From positions 160,001 to 224,000 of the forward strand of contig JBEPVF010000001.1 in NCBI GenBank assembly GCA_041691135.1: DNA of 64,000 nucleotides. Reading direction: 5' to 3'. Positions within the stretch are counted from its first letter, which is position 1. Each line of letters starts with the position of its first letter. The notes under the pieces are model-generated. The model was not told the origin of the DNA and ran no database searches. It worked only from the letters and a program-made list of their open reading frames with translations. Source of the DNA: Candidatus Peribacteria bacterium. GTDB lineage: Bacteria > Patescibacteriota > Gracilibacteria > Peribacterales > Peribacteraceae. The position numbers were made by a program, and so were the translations under genes. This document shows, in pieces, positions 1-10,154 of the stretch.

Positions 1-66
1 AAATGCTTCAGGATCATCAAAAAAGCATCGATAAAACGATGCTCCCTCATTAATCAGGTGCTTGTA

Positions 67-354
67 TTACTGAGCTGTTTTTGGTTCGATATGTATCACC
101 GTTGCGCGGTCTTTGCTGCCATTAAACTTTAACGCGCGAGTTTTGGTGAACCTGACCGTACCAGGGACGGACGCATGGATCGTCCAATCATTGCCGACGT
201 AAGTATTCTCGCCAGGGCGGTACCAGTAGCCTTTCTGACGGATCAAAATCTCGCCTGCATTCACAATTTGGCCGCCAAAACGCTTTACACCGCGGCGCTT
301 CGCAATGCTATCTCGACCGTTTGATGTAGAGCCTCCGGCTTTCTTATGTGCCAT
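67..354 (-). CDS. rpmA: 50S ribosomal protein L27
   Basis: [35 protein letters not shown] signature; start moved to ATG at 354. Confidence 0.97.
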   Translation of the reverse strand: MAHKKAGGSTSNGRDSIAKRRGVKRFGGQIVNAGEILIRQKGYWYRPGENTYVGNDWTIHASVPGTVRFTKTRALKFNGSKDRATVIHIEPKTAQ

Positions 355-425
355 AGTGCGGAGATTGTACTTAGGATTTCGTGCCTTGCAAGAGAAAAGA
401 AAGTCAGCCAGAATGCGTTTAACGT

Positions 426-502
<77 letters not shown>

Positions 503-542
503 TATAAAGCCGCTTAGTGGCCACATGGCGCGGCCAATGCAT

Positions 543-1031
543 ATGACTGAATTACAAAACACTACAGCACACGCAACCCTCAGGTGGATTACTTCAGTTT
601 TCAAGAAACACGCCATTCCTTTCCAGATCAATGGAGGACTTGCTGCTCAGACATATGGAGCAATACGACCGTTGTATGATATTGATGTGAGAAACAGCGA
701 CTTTCCTCAGCTGAAGAAACTTTTTTCTGCGTACATTGTATCCGGCCCCGAGCGCATTGCCGACGGCCATTGGGAATTGGAATTGATGACACTGAATCAC
801 AATGACAATTTGATTGATTTGGCCGGCACTGATGATGTGCAAATGAAAAATGGCCAGACACAGGAATGGGTACCATTGCTTTGCGACATTCGAAAAGGAA
901 TGCCGACAATGGTACTAGACATCCCTGATCTGCCTGTTATTCCTCAAGCGGATTTAATCGCGTACAAAAATATTCTTGCTCGTCCGACCGACCTGGTCGA
1001 TATCGAACAGATGAAAAGGACTCATAATTGA
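543..1031 (+). CDS. nucleotidyltransferase-fold protein
   Basis: GGLAA..YG..R...DIDV motif and C-terminal LIAYK..LARPTDLVD; start uncertain (525/537/543). Confidence 0.65.
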   Translation: MTELQNTTAHATLRWITSVFKKHAIPFQINGGLAAQTYGAIRPLYDIDVRNSDFPQLKKLFSAYIVSGPERIADGHWELELMTLNHNDNLIDLAGTDDVQMKNGQTQEWVPLLCDIRKGMPTMVLDIPDLPVIPQADLIAYKNILARPTDLVDIEQMKRTHN

Positions 1032-1041
1032 TGAATCTTTT

Positions 1042-1485
1042 TTACAGACCTTTCTTTAATCGATCAATCTGATCGCGGTGGAACAGGTAGATATTCCAAT
1101 GCTGAGTAACCGGCATCTGCTGCAATAACTCTTCGTAGGCAGCCTCCTGTTCCTGCGTAGGAGTGAGCGCATCCGGGTTTGTTTTATTCGCCGAATCAGC
1201 GGTGATAATCAGCACTTTTTCTCCCGGATTCAGCTTGTTCAGGTTTTCTTTGGCGTACTTGTCTTTGTACTGGGATGAACGATAGTAATCCAAATCTTCG
1301 CGGCTCTTGGAAATGCTCTCGCGCAACATGCCATTGTCGGCACTCATTTTCTGGAGCTCTTCTTCGAACAGCACGTTGCGGTAGAAAGAAAGCGCCAGTC
1401 CAAAAGCCATGAAGCCCACGACAGTCAACCCGACGACAATAGTGAGCTGTTTACTGATCGGCTCAAGATCCTTATACGACTGCAT
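1042..1485 (-). CDS. septum formation initiator family (FtsB/DivIC-like)
   Basis: single TM helix, coiled coil, then KYAKENLNKLNPGEKVLII motif. Confidence 0.75.
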   Translation of the reverse strand: MQSYKDLEPISKQLTIVVGLTVVGFMAFGLALSFYRNVLFEEELQKMSADNGMLRESISKSREDLDYYRSSQYKDKYAKENLNKLNPGEKVLIITADSANKTNPDALTPTQEQEAAYEELLQQMPVTQHWNIYLFHRDQIDRLKKGL

Positions 1486-1695
1486 TCGCCTCCTAGGGTA
1501 GCAAGCGCACGCTGTCCGGTCACATGATTTCACTTGTTGGTTTACGTGATTCGGGGGATGCAAGGAATTGTGAGAATCCAAGGACGGAGAGTTCTCATTT
1601 TATCTCTTCTCTGAATCTGTTGAATTCCTTCATTCTCTTCAATCTTCGCCTTTAACCCTCTTTCCCACGCCGCTTGCCTCCAGTACAATCTTGCC

Positions 1696-2982
1696 GTGCA
1701 CATCTATTGCAGTGGCATCGGCGGAATCGGCCTCAGTGCCTACGCTTCGCTTCAACATGAAGCAGGGCACGTCGTGTCTGGCAGTGATCGTGCGATGTCC
1801 CCGCTGATAGAAGATTTACAGTCTCAGGGCATCACCGTTTTTCTGAATCAGGATGGGACGTCCGTTCACGCCGATATCGATCTGTTCGTCTACTCTGAGG
1901 CCATTCCGAATTCGGCCCCCGAGCGTGTTCGTGCATCCGAACTCGGTGTGCAACAAATGTCTTATCCGGAGGCTCTCAGTAAAATAACGGACGGGTTCAC
2001 CGTCGTCGCTGTGTGCGGCACGCACGGAAAATCGTCGACGACCGGAATGGTTGCCCGGCTACTCATGCAAACCGGCCGCGACCCGACTGTAGTCATCGGT
2101 ACGAAGATGCCGGAACTCGATGGCCGGAACTGGCGGCGCGGTCAGAGCGCTTTATTCGTCTTGGAAGCGTGTGAGTACCGCAAATCGTTTCATTTCTACA
2201 AACCGCAAATCATTCTGATGACCAATTGTGACGGCGATCATTTTGATTACTACAAGAGCACCGAGCTGTATCAGGAAGCATTCCGTGATTTCCTGCAGCT
2301 TCTTCCACCATCGGGTGTCGTGATCACGCATATGTCTGATCCCGATTGCCAACGTGTAGCCGTCGCCAGCGAGCGAACAGCGGTGGATGCCGATGAATAT
2401 CCGCTGATCGATTTGCAAACGCCCGGCCTGCACATGAAACAGAATGCTCAACTAGTACTGGCGCTCGCTAATGAGCTCGGCATCACGCAGGAAGACGCGA
2501 TTGCAGCCGTCGCGCCGTTCGCCGGCACGTGGCGACGCATGGAAACGAAGGGAACGTTCGGCAACGATATTACCGTCATTGATGATTACGCTCATCATCC
2601 GCGCGAAATACGAGCGACCATCAGCGCCATTCGCGGCAAATATCCCAATCGCCGGTTGGTAGCTGTTTTTCAGCCACATACGCATAATCGGACAATCAAG
2701 CTGTTCGATCAGTTTGCGGATGCATTCCAGGGACTTGATCAATTGTTCGTCACCGATGTGTACGATGCCCGCAGTGATATCGAAACTGATGTGACCGATA
2801 TAGACGCACTCGTCCAAAGCATTTCCACGCAGAGCGGTGTTCAGGCCATTCGCGGCGGCTCGCTGGAAGAAACGGAAGCACTGGTTCGATCATCGCTCCA
2901 GCCGCATGACGTCGTGCTATTCATGGGAGCGGGCGATATCACCAATTTGGCCGGGAAAATGGTCGACAAGAAAAAGGAATAA
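1696..2982 (+). CDS. murC: UDP-N-acetylmuramate--L-alanine ligase
   Basis: GIGGIGLS, GTHGKSSTT, EACEY, DDYAHHP, FQPH, MGAGDI motifs. Confidence 0.95.
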   Translation: MHIYCSGIGGIGLSAYASLQHEAGHVVSGSDRAMSPLIEDLQSQGITVFLNQDGTSVHADIDLFVYSEAIPNSAPERVRASELGVQQMSYPEALSKITDGFTVVAVCGTHGKSSTTGMVARLLMQTGRDPTVVIGTKMPELDGRNWRRGQSALFVLEACEYRKSFHFYKPQIILMTNCDGDHFDYYKSTELYQEAFRDFLQLLPPSGVVITHMSDPDCQRVAVASERTAVDADEYPLIDLQTPGLHMKQNAQLVLALANELGITQEDAIAAVAPFAGTWRRMETKGTFGNDITVIDDYAHHPREIRATISAIRGKYPNRRLVAVFQPHTHNRTIKLFDQFADAFQGLDQLFVTDVYDARSDIETDVTDIDALVQSISTQSGVQAIRGGSLEETEALVRSSLQPHDVVLFMGAGDITNLAGKMVDKKKE

Positions 2983-3004
2983 TGTTCAGCTCCGCTGAGC
3001 CTTC

Positions 3005-4255
3005 TCAATGCCCTTTTACGATGTCCTGCACCATGACACTCAGAATTTTAGCCAGTTCCGCACGGTTCACCGACAACGATGGCTGGAACGCTCCTGCATC
3101 AGTCGTTATAAACTGATGAGTCGCAGAAGTTTCGATGGCCGCTGCATACGGCGTTCGGGCAGTCACATCGGTAAACACCGTACCTTTCGGCCACTCCAGT
3201 GGAATATCCATTGCCTGCAGCAGCGTTTCGAGTACTTCAGCACGTGTCGCCGGTCGTGTGGCATCAAGATGTGAATCCTGGAAGACCGCCCATCCTTTTT
3301 GCTCGGCCGAAGCAATGTACGGCGAAAACCACTGGAATCGTGCACGCAGATTTTCGGGCTGGGCGCTCATATCAATGGTCACAATCGATCCTATTTTATG
3401 GGCGATCTTTGCCAGCTCGGCGATCGTGACCGGCTGATCGGGACCGAAAATGCCGGCAGGATGTCCGCTGCGATCCGAGTAGCCGCTGAGGATGCCTGTC
3501 TTCGTAACATCGAAAACGTACGTGGCAAACCATGCAGTGCGCGGCACATCGGTAAACACCACATCTTTTCCGTCAATTTTCTGCGTGATAAAAGCATCAC
3601 TCGTTTCCTTTTTCTGATTCGTCTGAGCTTGCAATGTATCGCACTTGAGAACAATGGAGAAACTGACGCGGCTTCTGTTTTTGAGGTCAGAAGACTGCGC
3701 CGGTGGCTGCGGACAGCCATCCGGCAAATAGGTAACGCTGTACTGACCGACCGACACATCGTCGAATGATTGCGGCGTCACGCCTTCGGTAGTGGTGTTG
3801 GGCCCGCGCAGACGAAACGGTACACCGGGAGGATCGCTGGTAACACCCACAAAACCGGTATTGCCCAGCGAATACTGAATGACGAAATGCGGAACGGTCT
3901 GTCCGGTCAGATCGAAACTGTACTGTGGACGGTCGATCGTTTCGACCAATACGTCATTTTGGTATACATAGATATGGGTACTCATTCCCTTGGGAGGCGT
4001 AATGAACATCGTGTAACGCCCCAATGCAAGATGATAGAGCGTGACTTTGGACAAAGTCCGTACGATGGACTGCTGATTGGGATCGAGGAATGACACGTAA
4101 CCGACCTCGTCGATCGGACTCTTTTGTTCGTACGATAATGCACCTTCGATGCCCGAGGCATTCGGATCATCCGCGAATGCGACCGGGAGAAAACTTAGAG
4201 TGAGTGATGTAAGAAGAGCAATCGAAAGAACGGAGGAGAGGGGAGTGGAACGCAT
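3005..4255 (-). CDS. secreted PEGA- and S-layer homology (SLH) domain protein
   Basis: signal peptide; VTSDPPG..GVTP PEGA-like segment; FTDVPRTAWF, FGPDQPVTIAE, TRAE, NRAELAK SLH motifs. Confidence 0.8.
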   Translation of the reverse strand: MRSTPLSSVLSIALLTSLTLSFLPVAFADDPNASGIEGALSYEQKSPIDEVGYVSFLDPNQQSIVRTLSKVTLYHLALGRYTMFITPPKGMSTHIYVYQNDVLVETIDRPQYSFDLTGQTVPHFVIQYSLGNTGFVGVTSDPPGVPFRLRGPNTTTEGVTPQSFDDVSVGQYSVTYLPDGCPQPPAQSSDLKNRSRVSFSIVLKCDTLQAQTNQKKETSDAFITQKIDGKDVVFTDVPRTAWFATYVFDVTKTGILSGYSDRSGHPAGIFGPDQPVTIAELAKIAHKIGSIVTIDMSAQPENLRARFQWFSPYIASAEQKGWAVFQDSHLDATRPATRAEVLETLLQAMDIPLEWPKGTVFTDVTARTPYAAAIETSATHQFITTDAGAFQPSLSVNRAELAKILSVMVQDIVKGH

Positions 4256-4325
4256 GATGAATATTCTTGCATGAGTGAAACAAAGAAGCCATATCGCCAA
4301 CCACGCACTTGAGTTCGTTGAAGAT

Positions 4326-4347
4326 GGGCCGCCGCGGTGGGCGGCCC
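4326..4347 (-). terminator. GC-rich hairpin after small ORF
   Basis: GGGCCGCC-6nt-GGCGGCCC perfect 8-bp stem; weak U tract. Confidence 0.45.
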
Positions 4348-4367
4348 GGAAGGTGCCTAGCGACGGT

Positions 4368-4544
4368 TCATCGGAAGAGTGAACCCACTCCGCCGAGGAT
4401 GAACAGTACGCCGATGGTTCCCAATAGTATTTCCGTTCCAATTTTCTGCCTGGCCCGAAAACCTGAAACCAGACCCTGAACAGCGACCACGCTGACAAAC
4501 AATCCGTCGGCAAGGATCACTGTGCTTTCCCACCACTGGACCAT
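4368..4544 (-). CDS. 58-aa two-TM small membrane protein (not in ORF track)
   Basis: MVQWWESTVILADGLFVSVVAVQGLVSGFRARQKIGTEILLGTIGVLFILGGVGSLFR*, preceded by GGGAG and followed by a hairpin. Confidence 0.6.
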   Translation of the reverse strand: MVQWWESTVILADGLFVSVVAVQGLVSGFRARQKIGTEILLGTIGVLFILGGVGSLFR

Positions 4545-4614
4545 TGGATTTCTCCCTAGGAGTAGGTTTGGACAACAAAATTAAAATACACTACAAACAA
4601 AAATTGTCAAAATT

Positions 4615-7134
4615 CTAGGCGGCGCCCAATGCTTCAACTAATCCTTTTTCCCAAATCGATCTAAGGTGGTCGACAGACACATCTATGAATGTATTTTTAC
4701 AGCGTGTTACCCGCAGATGCGCATCAGGAGCGGTCGTTGCAATCGCAATACACGATACATCGACGCCCTTCGCTTTCTTCAAAATACCAGCGACTGCATC
4801 GGTCGGCACTTCGACGAGAAAACCATGCGACTGCGTAAACAAGAGCGTATCGCTTCGCAAATCCGGCGGTAGTTCGTCGAGTTGAACGTTGAGTCCGATT
4901 GAACCTCCGATCTTGCGTACCGGCAGTGTCATTTCGAAGAGCGCAAGCAGCAAACCGCCGTCGCTGATGTCGTGACACGCGAGAACAGCATTCTCGTTCA
5001 TCAGACTGTGCAGGAATTCGATCCGCTGTAACACATCTGCAAATTTCGCTTGTGGAAGCCGAGAACCAAGCAAGGCATCCCGCTCCGTACTCGCCATATG
5101 CTCGAGCACTTCGTAGTACGCCGAACCGCCGCATTCATCACGCAATTCTCCAATAAGTAGAACCGTTGAGTCGGTCTGCTTGAGTTGCATGGAGACCGCC
5201 TTGCGTGCGTCCTCCATAACACCGACACAACACACAATCGCTGATGGAGGAATGGCCGACCCATCGGGCGTGGAATTGTACAAACTCACGTTACCCGAAA
5301 TAACTGGAATCGGTTCACCGTTAACAGCAACCCCCTTCGCCGCTTCGGCAATACCGCGAACACCTTCTTCCAAGGCCGCCAACTGCTCCGGCACTTCGGG
5401 ATTCCCATAGTTTAGACAATCAGTCAGTGCACGCGGTTCGGCACCGACGGCTGCCACATTACTTACCGATTCAATAACCGCATTCGCGCCTTGCCAGTAC
5501 GCCGAAATGCGCCCATAGCGCGGATTTCCATCGGCAGCGAAGGCCGCTCCGATATGGCGATCCTTTTCCTGCGGCTCCCATCCCGGGTGTGATTCGGTGC
5601 TGAGATAGTTTTGTATGTCCGCCAGGGGCATCAGTACGCCCGCATCGGCTTCGCCGGCTTCGATGATACTGTTACCGATAACCGTTTTATCGTAATGACG
5701 AATGACCGGATCCTTGGATGCATGGTTCGGATGGGCGAGCATGTTTTTGAAAACATTGCCGATCGTCGTCTGGAGAATCTCACCGGTAGAAGCCGGATCC
5801 GTCGGATGAGGAATCTGAACTGTTATCGCATCTCCATCGCAACTGATTTGGGGTTCGGTACGAACGACTTCCGATAACCGCGTGGGGCGCGTGTACTGCA
5901 AACCGGATGTGATATCCACCGACCGCGCTTCGCATACCACTTTACCTTGATGACGCAGACGGTAGATTCCATCCGGCGTCACTTTACCGATCACCGATGC
6001 ACGCGCGTTCTCGGCCACACTCGGCAAATCCCAATCGTCATTGTAGTGTTTCAAAATATGTTCGGTAAGGGACGGATGGCATGTCCAGCAAAAACGCTCC
6101 TGCGTCTCGGCGCAGGCAATCACTTCGGCCGGAAGATTATCGATCGATACGTGCACATTATCCAGTGAGACATCGGCGCCGAAGCCGGCTTCGGCAACTT
6201 GCTCGACCGATGCGCATACCACGCCGCCAGCGCCAAGATCTTTAAAGCTCACGGCATGCAGCTTGTCGTTGGCAACCAGCCAGTCGAACAACGCGTACGT
6301 AGAAGCCAGCAGATGACGTTCCAGGAACGGATTGGGCTCCTGCACGGCACCCGTATTTTGCTCATTTTTCTCTGCATCCAGCGACAAACTCGAGAACGAT
6401 GCTCCGCCGAAACCACTGCGATCCGTCGGTTTGCCGACAAGAATAATATCATAACCGACCGCTCCGGCTTCCTCAGGCACGTAACTGTGAATGATCTCAT
6501 CCTCGCGCACGATGCCCAGCGCGATGGCATTCACCAGACAGTTGCTGTTGTACGATGCATCGAACACCGTGTCGCCACCGACATTGGGAATGCCCAGCGG
6601 ATTGCCGTAACCGCCGATGCCGCGCATCACTTCGCGCGCGATGTTCCGCGTCTCATCCGTCTCCAGACTTCCGAGTCGCAACATATCCATCGCCCCGATC
6701 ACGCGGGCTCCCATGCAGACCACATCGCGTACCGTGCCACCTACCCCGGTAGCAGCGCCCTCGAATGGCACGAGCTGCGACGGATGATTATGTGACTCAT
6801 GACTGATCACCAAACCCCAGCGCTTGCCGACCGGGCCGTCCGTAATGGCGACGATGCCGCTGTCTTCCTTCGGCCCCAAAATGACATGTTTCCCACTGGT
6901 ATGAAACGCCTTCAGAAATCGGCGTGATGATTTGTAACTGCTGTGTTCGCTTCCTTGTATGCCCCAGATGACCGCCTCGACGACGGTCGGCGCTCTGCCA
7001 AGAAGCGACTGTATTTTGCAGGCCTCTTCCACCGTCAGACCGATTTTGTAAGTAATGAGCGTGTGCTGCACTTCGTCGTCGGACATGGACGAGAAAGGCA
7101 GGGGAGCGGAGCCGTGCAGAGTGGGACTTTCCAT
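4615..7134 (-). CDS. purL: phosphoribosylformylglycinamidine synthase subunit PurL
   Basis: SEHSSYKS, ESHNHPS, GAATGVGG, DLGAGG, ETQER, SGNVSLYN, HDISDGG motifs. Confidence 0.95.
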   Translation of the reverse strand: MESPTLHGSAPLPFSSMSDDEVQHTLITYKIGLTVEEACKIQSLLGRAPTVVEAVIWGIQGSEHSSYKSSRRFLKAFHTSGKHVILGPKEDSGIVAITDGPVGKRWGLVISHESHNHPSQLVPFEGAATGVGGTVRDVVCMGARVIGAMDMLRLGSLETDETRNIAREVMRGIGGYGNPLGIPNVGGDTVFDASYNSNCLVNAIALGIVREDEIIHSYVPEEAGAVGYDIILVGKPTDRSGFGGASFSSLSLDAEKNEQNTGAVQEPNPFLERHLLASTYALFDWLVANDKLHAVSFKDLGAGGVVCASVEQVAEAGFGADVSLDNVHVSIDNLPAEVIACAETQERFCWTCHPSLTEHILKHYNDDWDLPSVAENARASVIGKVTPDGIYRLRHQGKVVCEARSVDITSGLQYTRPTRLSEVVRTEPQISCDGDAITVQIPHPTDPASTGEILQTTIGNVFKNMLAHPNHASKDPVIRHYDKTVIGNSIIEAGEADAGVLMPLADIQNYLSTESHPGWEPQEKDRHIGAAFAADGNPRYGRISAYWQGANAVIESVSNVAAVGAEPRALTDCLNYGNPEVPEQLAALEEGVRGIAEAAKGVAVNGEPIPVISGNVSLYNSTPDGSAIPPSAIVCCVGVMEDARKAVSMQLKQTDSTVLLIGELRDECGGSAYYEVLEHMASTERDALLGSRLPQAKFADVLQRIEFLHSLMNENAVLACHDISDGGLLLALFEMTLPVRKIGGSIGLNVQLDELPPDLRSDTLLFTQSHGFLVEVPTDAVAGILKKAKGVDVSCIAIATTAPDAHLRVTRCKNTFIDVSVDHLRSIWEKGLVEALGAA

Positions 7135-7155
7135 GGGCAAAGTATAAAGAAAAAT

Positions 7156-7243
7156 TGCCAAATCCCAAGTCCCAATCGCCAATGGAACAGCGAAAGAATT
7201 TTGGCTTTCGTCGGCATTTGGGATTTGGAACTTGGGGTTTGCC
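7156..7243. repeat. heptamer-periodic inverted repeat between divergent purL and murJ
   Basis: CCAAATCCCAA(GTCCCAA) vs TTGGGATTTGG(AACTTGGGGTTTG). Confidence 0.6.
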
Positions 7244-7258
7244 CGTTATGATTCCCTC

Positions 7259-8575
7259 ATACAACTCCTTCAAGCCATCAAGCGGCAAAAGCAGCTCGTG
7301 GGCGGTGTGAGCGTGCTGGCAGTGACCCAATTGGGAGCATCCATAGCCGGTCTGCTACGTGAGCGAATTCTCAACCACACCTTCGCGGGCAACTTGTCGG
7401 TCGTGGATGCCTATCTCGCTGCCTTCAGACCGAGTGACCTGCTTTTCCAAACATGCATCATGTCGGCGATGGGAACGGTCCTGGTGCCTGTCTTGGCATC
7501 GTACTATGCAAAGAATGACAACAAAGAAATGTCGCACGTACTCAGCGGCATCACGGGTATCGCCTCTCTGGTCTTCGGGATTGTCGCACTCATTTTGGCC
7601 GCCATCTTTCCATGGATCGCACCGCTCTTGGTAAAGTTCCAGGGTGAAACATTACAGCTCTATATCACCTTTGGACGGCTCGCCCTGCTTGTAAACTTCT
7701 TCTTCGTCTTCGGGAATTCGCTGGGTCAGTATTTAATTACGGTCCAGCGCTACTGGATCTACGGAATCACCCCGATACTCTACACACTGGGAACAATCGG
7801 CGGAACGCTCTTCCTCACGTCGCGCTACGGGGCGTACGCGCCGATGGTTGGAACAGTGATCGGTGTCGTCATCTACGTTCTGTTGCGTCTTATTGCCGTC
7901 GCACGGATGGGCGCCACGCTCAAATGGACGCTCTGGCATCCGGATGTACCGGAAATGGGCAGACTGATGTTGCCTCGCATCCTCGCCTTCGGTGCGTTTC
8001 AAATTCAACTTCTTTTTCTGGATCGCATCGCATCGGGATTCCCGGCCGGATCGGTCACCATCAATAACAACACGCGCAATTTTCAATCCGTGTTGGTCGG
8101 CGTCGTCGGGATCGCCATCGCGCAAGCGGTGTACTCGATTCTCAGTCAGTCGGCTTCGACCAAGGATTCCGAAAAATTCCGCCGCTACTTCCTGTACGGC
8201 ACATGGCTGTGTTTGATTCTCACTATTCCGGGATCCATCGCACTTGCCTTCATGGCTCCGCTCGCCGCATCTTTGGTCCATCTTTCTCAGCATCTCGATA
8301 CATTCCAATCGTTCCTGATCGCCTACGCCATCAGCATTCCTTTCGAGAGCTTGTCGCATCTGCAGTACCGCGCTTTCTACGCGATGAAACAAACGCTGAT
8401 CCCCGCCACATTCGGCGTGCTCGGCGGGGGAGTGGCCATCATCGGCGCCATTGCGTTGACGCCGCATTTTGGCGTCTACAGTATCGCTGCAGGATACACG
8501 CTTGGAGAAATTGTACAGACGGTGGGATTGGCGATCGTACTGCCATGGCAGACGAGGAAGTACATGAATGCCTAA
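7259..8575 (+). CDS. murJ: lipid II flippase MurJ (MviN)
   Basis: GLLRE, DAYLAAFRPSD, LMLPR, RAFYAMKQT motifs and many TM helices; start ambiguous (ATA 7259 or TTG 7232). Confidence 0.88.
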   Translation: MQLLQAIKRQKQLVGGVSVLAVTQLGASIAGLLRERILNHTFAGNLSVVDAYLAAFRPSDLLFQTCIMSAMGTVLVPVLASYYAKNDNKEMSHVLSGITGIASLVFGIVALILAAIFPWIAPLLVKFQGETLQLYITFGRLALLVNFFFVFGNSLGQYLITVQRYWIYGITPILYTLGTIGGTLFLTSRYGAYAPMVGTVIGVVIYVLLRLIAVARMGATLKWTLWHPDVPEMGRLMLPRILAFGAFQIQLLFLDRIASGFPAGSVTINNNTRNFQSVLVGVVGIAIAQAVYSILSQSASTKDSEKFRRYFLYGTWLCLILTIPGSIALAFMAPLAASLVHLSQHLDTFQSFLIAYAISIPFESLSHLQYRAFYAMKQTLIPATFGVLGGGVAIIGAIALTPHFGVYSIAAGYTLGEIVQTVGLAIVLPWQTRKYMNA

Positions 8576-8584
8576 TGAAAGCAC

Positions 8585-8695
8585 GGAGAATTCAGAAGCC
8601 GGGAACCAAAGAAGCACGAAATTCGAAAGTCACTTTCTTCAAATTTCGTGCTTCGGATTTAGAATTTCCCTTGTTCTTGGCTTCGGGGTTCTTCG
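8585..8695. repeat. nested inverted repeat between convergent murJ and acyP
   Basis: GAAGCACGAAATT (8611-8623) / AATTTCGTGCTTC (8642-8654) perfect; outer GAAGCCGGGAAC / GTTCTTGGCTTC. Confidence 0.65.
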
Positions 8696-8701
8696 CCATT
8701 C

Positions 8702-8971
8702 CTAATAAACTATTTCAAACGTCATCGCATTCTCGGGCGGTGCCTGCTTCACATTGAACCGTTCCACTTTCGCACCGGATGGTCCCACCTGACACCAATC
8801 TTCCAAATCTCCGAGAGCCGTACGGGACCCTTCGGCATGTACCGTCACTGATCCATCGCCATTATTTGCCACCCAACCGTTGACTCCCAATTGCTGGGCC
8901 TTCTTTTTGGTCGCAGCCCGAAAATAGACGCCCTGTACAGTTCCTTCGATGGTGAACTCCCGTGCATACAT
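8702..8971 (-). CDS. acyP: acylphosphatase
   Basis: GTVQGVYFR, GWVANNGDGSV..AEG, GPSGAKV motifs. Confidence 0.93.
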   Translation of the reverse strand: MYAREFTIEGTVQGVYFRAATKKKAQQLGVNGWVANNGDGSVTVHAEGSRTALGDLEDWCQVGPSGAKVERFNVKQAPPENAMTFEIVY

Positions 8972-8994
8972 GCCGACAGTATACCTGGTATCAA

Positions 8995-9276
8995 TCAATG
9001 CTTGGCCATCTTCTGAACCTCCGGCGGCTGCACAAAATCCGCCGCGACGTTCTCCTGCTTAGACAGGGCAAAACTGACAAGCAGAGAAGCGATCACTCCG
9101 CCTATCACTGTCTTCGCATGCGATACAGCCGTAGGAGCATCAAGATCCCCATCGCAAGCACCCGGCAACGTAAAAAAATCGACCTTTCGATTATCATCGC
9201 ACGTATCGAGTGAAGCCATCTGTTCAGCATCATTCCATCCGTAGAGCCGGCTGTCATCAAGAGATCCTCTTGCCAT
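8995..9276 (-). CDS. hypothetical protein with one hydrophobic segment
   Basis: ORF fills the nusG-acyP gap on the same strand; no motif recognised. Confidence 0.35.
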   Translation of the reverse strand: MARGSLDDSRLYGWNDAEQMASLDTCDDNRKVDFFTLPGACDGDLDAPTAVSHAKTVIGGVIASLLVSFALSKQENVAADFVQPPEVQKMAKH

Positions 9277-9316
9277 AGCAAAGACAGAATAGAGAAGCTG
9301 CACGCAAGATGCCGTG

Positions 9317-9862
9317 CTATTTCTTCTTCACCTGCGTGAAGTCCAATTCCACCGGCGTTTCGCGATCGAAGATCAGCACAAGCACGGTGAGCTTGCCCTT
9401 GTTCACATCCACGCTCTCGATGCTGCCTTCGTAGTTCTTGAACGGACCGTCCACGATCACCACCAAGTCGCCGATTTGGAAGTCACTCTTGAATTTGGCT
9501 TCCTGCTCACCCACGCGACGTTCGATGACACCGAATTCATCGGGCGTCACCGGCACCGGAATATTGCCGGACCCTACGAAACCCGTCACGTTCGGTGTAT
9601 TGCGTACCACGTACCAACTGTCATCCGTCACGATCATGTCTACCAGCACGTAGCCCGGAAACAATTTGCGCTCTTCCTCGACCGGCTCGCCTTTCTTGAA
9701 GACCAGCTGCTTCTCCTTCGGTACCTGCACGCTGAAAATATAATCCGACATGCCGAGTGATTCGACGCGTTGTTCGAGAGCCTGTTTGACGCTGTCTTCG
9801 TAACCTGAATAGGTATGGAGAACGTACCAATTTCTCCCGGCCCGTGGATCCTGCTTACCCAT
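9317..9862 (-). CDS. nusG: transcription termination/antitermination factor NusG
   Basis: WYVLHTYSGYE, FPGYVLV, VRNTPNVTGFVG, KOW GPF motif. Confidence 0.97.
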   Translation of the reverse strand: MGKQDPRAGRNWYVLHTYSGYEDSVKQALEQRVESLGMSDYIFSVQVPKEKQLVFKKGEPVEEERKLFPGYVLVDMIVTDDSWYVVRNTPNVTGFVGSGNIPVPVTPDEFGVIERRVGEQEAKFKSDFQIGDLVVIVDGPFKNYEGSIESVDVNKGKLTVLVLIFDRETPVELDFTQVKKK

Positions 9863-9865
9863 AAA

Positions 9866-10057
9866 TTAAATGGTATTGGAAAGAATTTGCTGGATCACCC
9901 ACGACATGCCGAAGTCGATTCCGCCGAAGAAAATGGAGCTAATCGCGCAAAAGACGAAAACAATGACCGACAAACGAACCGCCTGCTGGCGGGTGGGCCA
10001 ACGGACTTGATGGAGTTCTGCGACTGCGGCGTTGATGTATTCGATGACGGCGCTCAT
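9866..10057 (-). CDS. secE: preprotein translocase subunit SecE
   Basis: ELHQVRWPTR motif plus TM helix; directly upstream of nusG. Confidence 0.93.
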   Translation of the reverse strand: MSAVIEYINAAVAELHQVRWPTRQQAVRLSVIVFVFCAISSIFFGGIDFGMSWVIQQILSNTI

Positions 10058-10154
10058 GCCAGAGAGAATGTTCTAAAAAAACCTCTTCCGAGGCAAAGCC
10101 AGTGTACCGTATTAAAGCTTCCGTGCAAGGCCAAATCCAAGGCGGCAATAACCT

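Noticed and set aside
4256-4513. Long N-terminal extension of the SLH protein
   Set aside because: The signal peptide begins at ATG 4255; the upstream region holds a separate small ORF and a hairpin.
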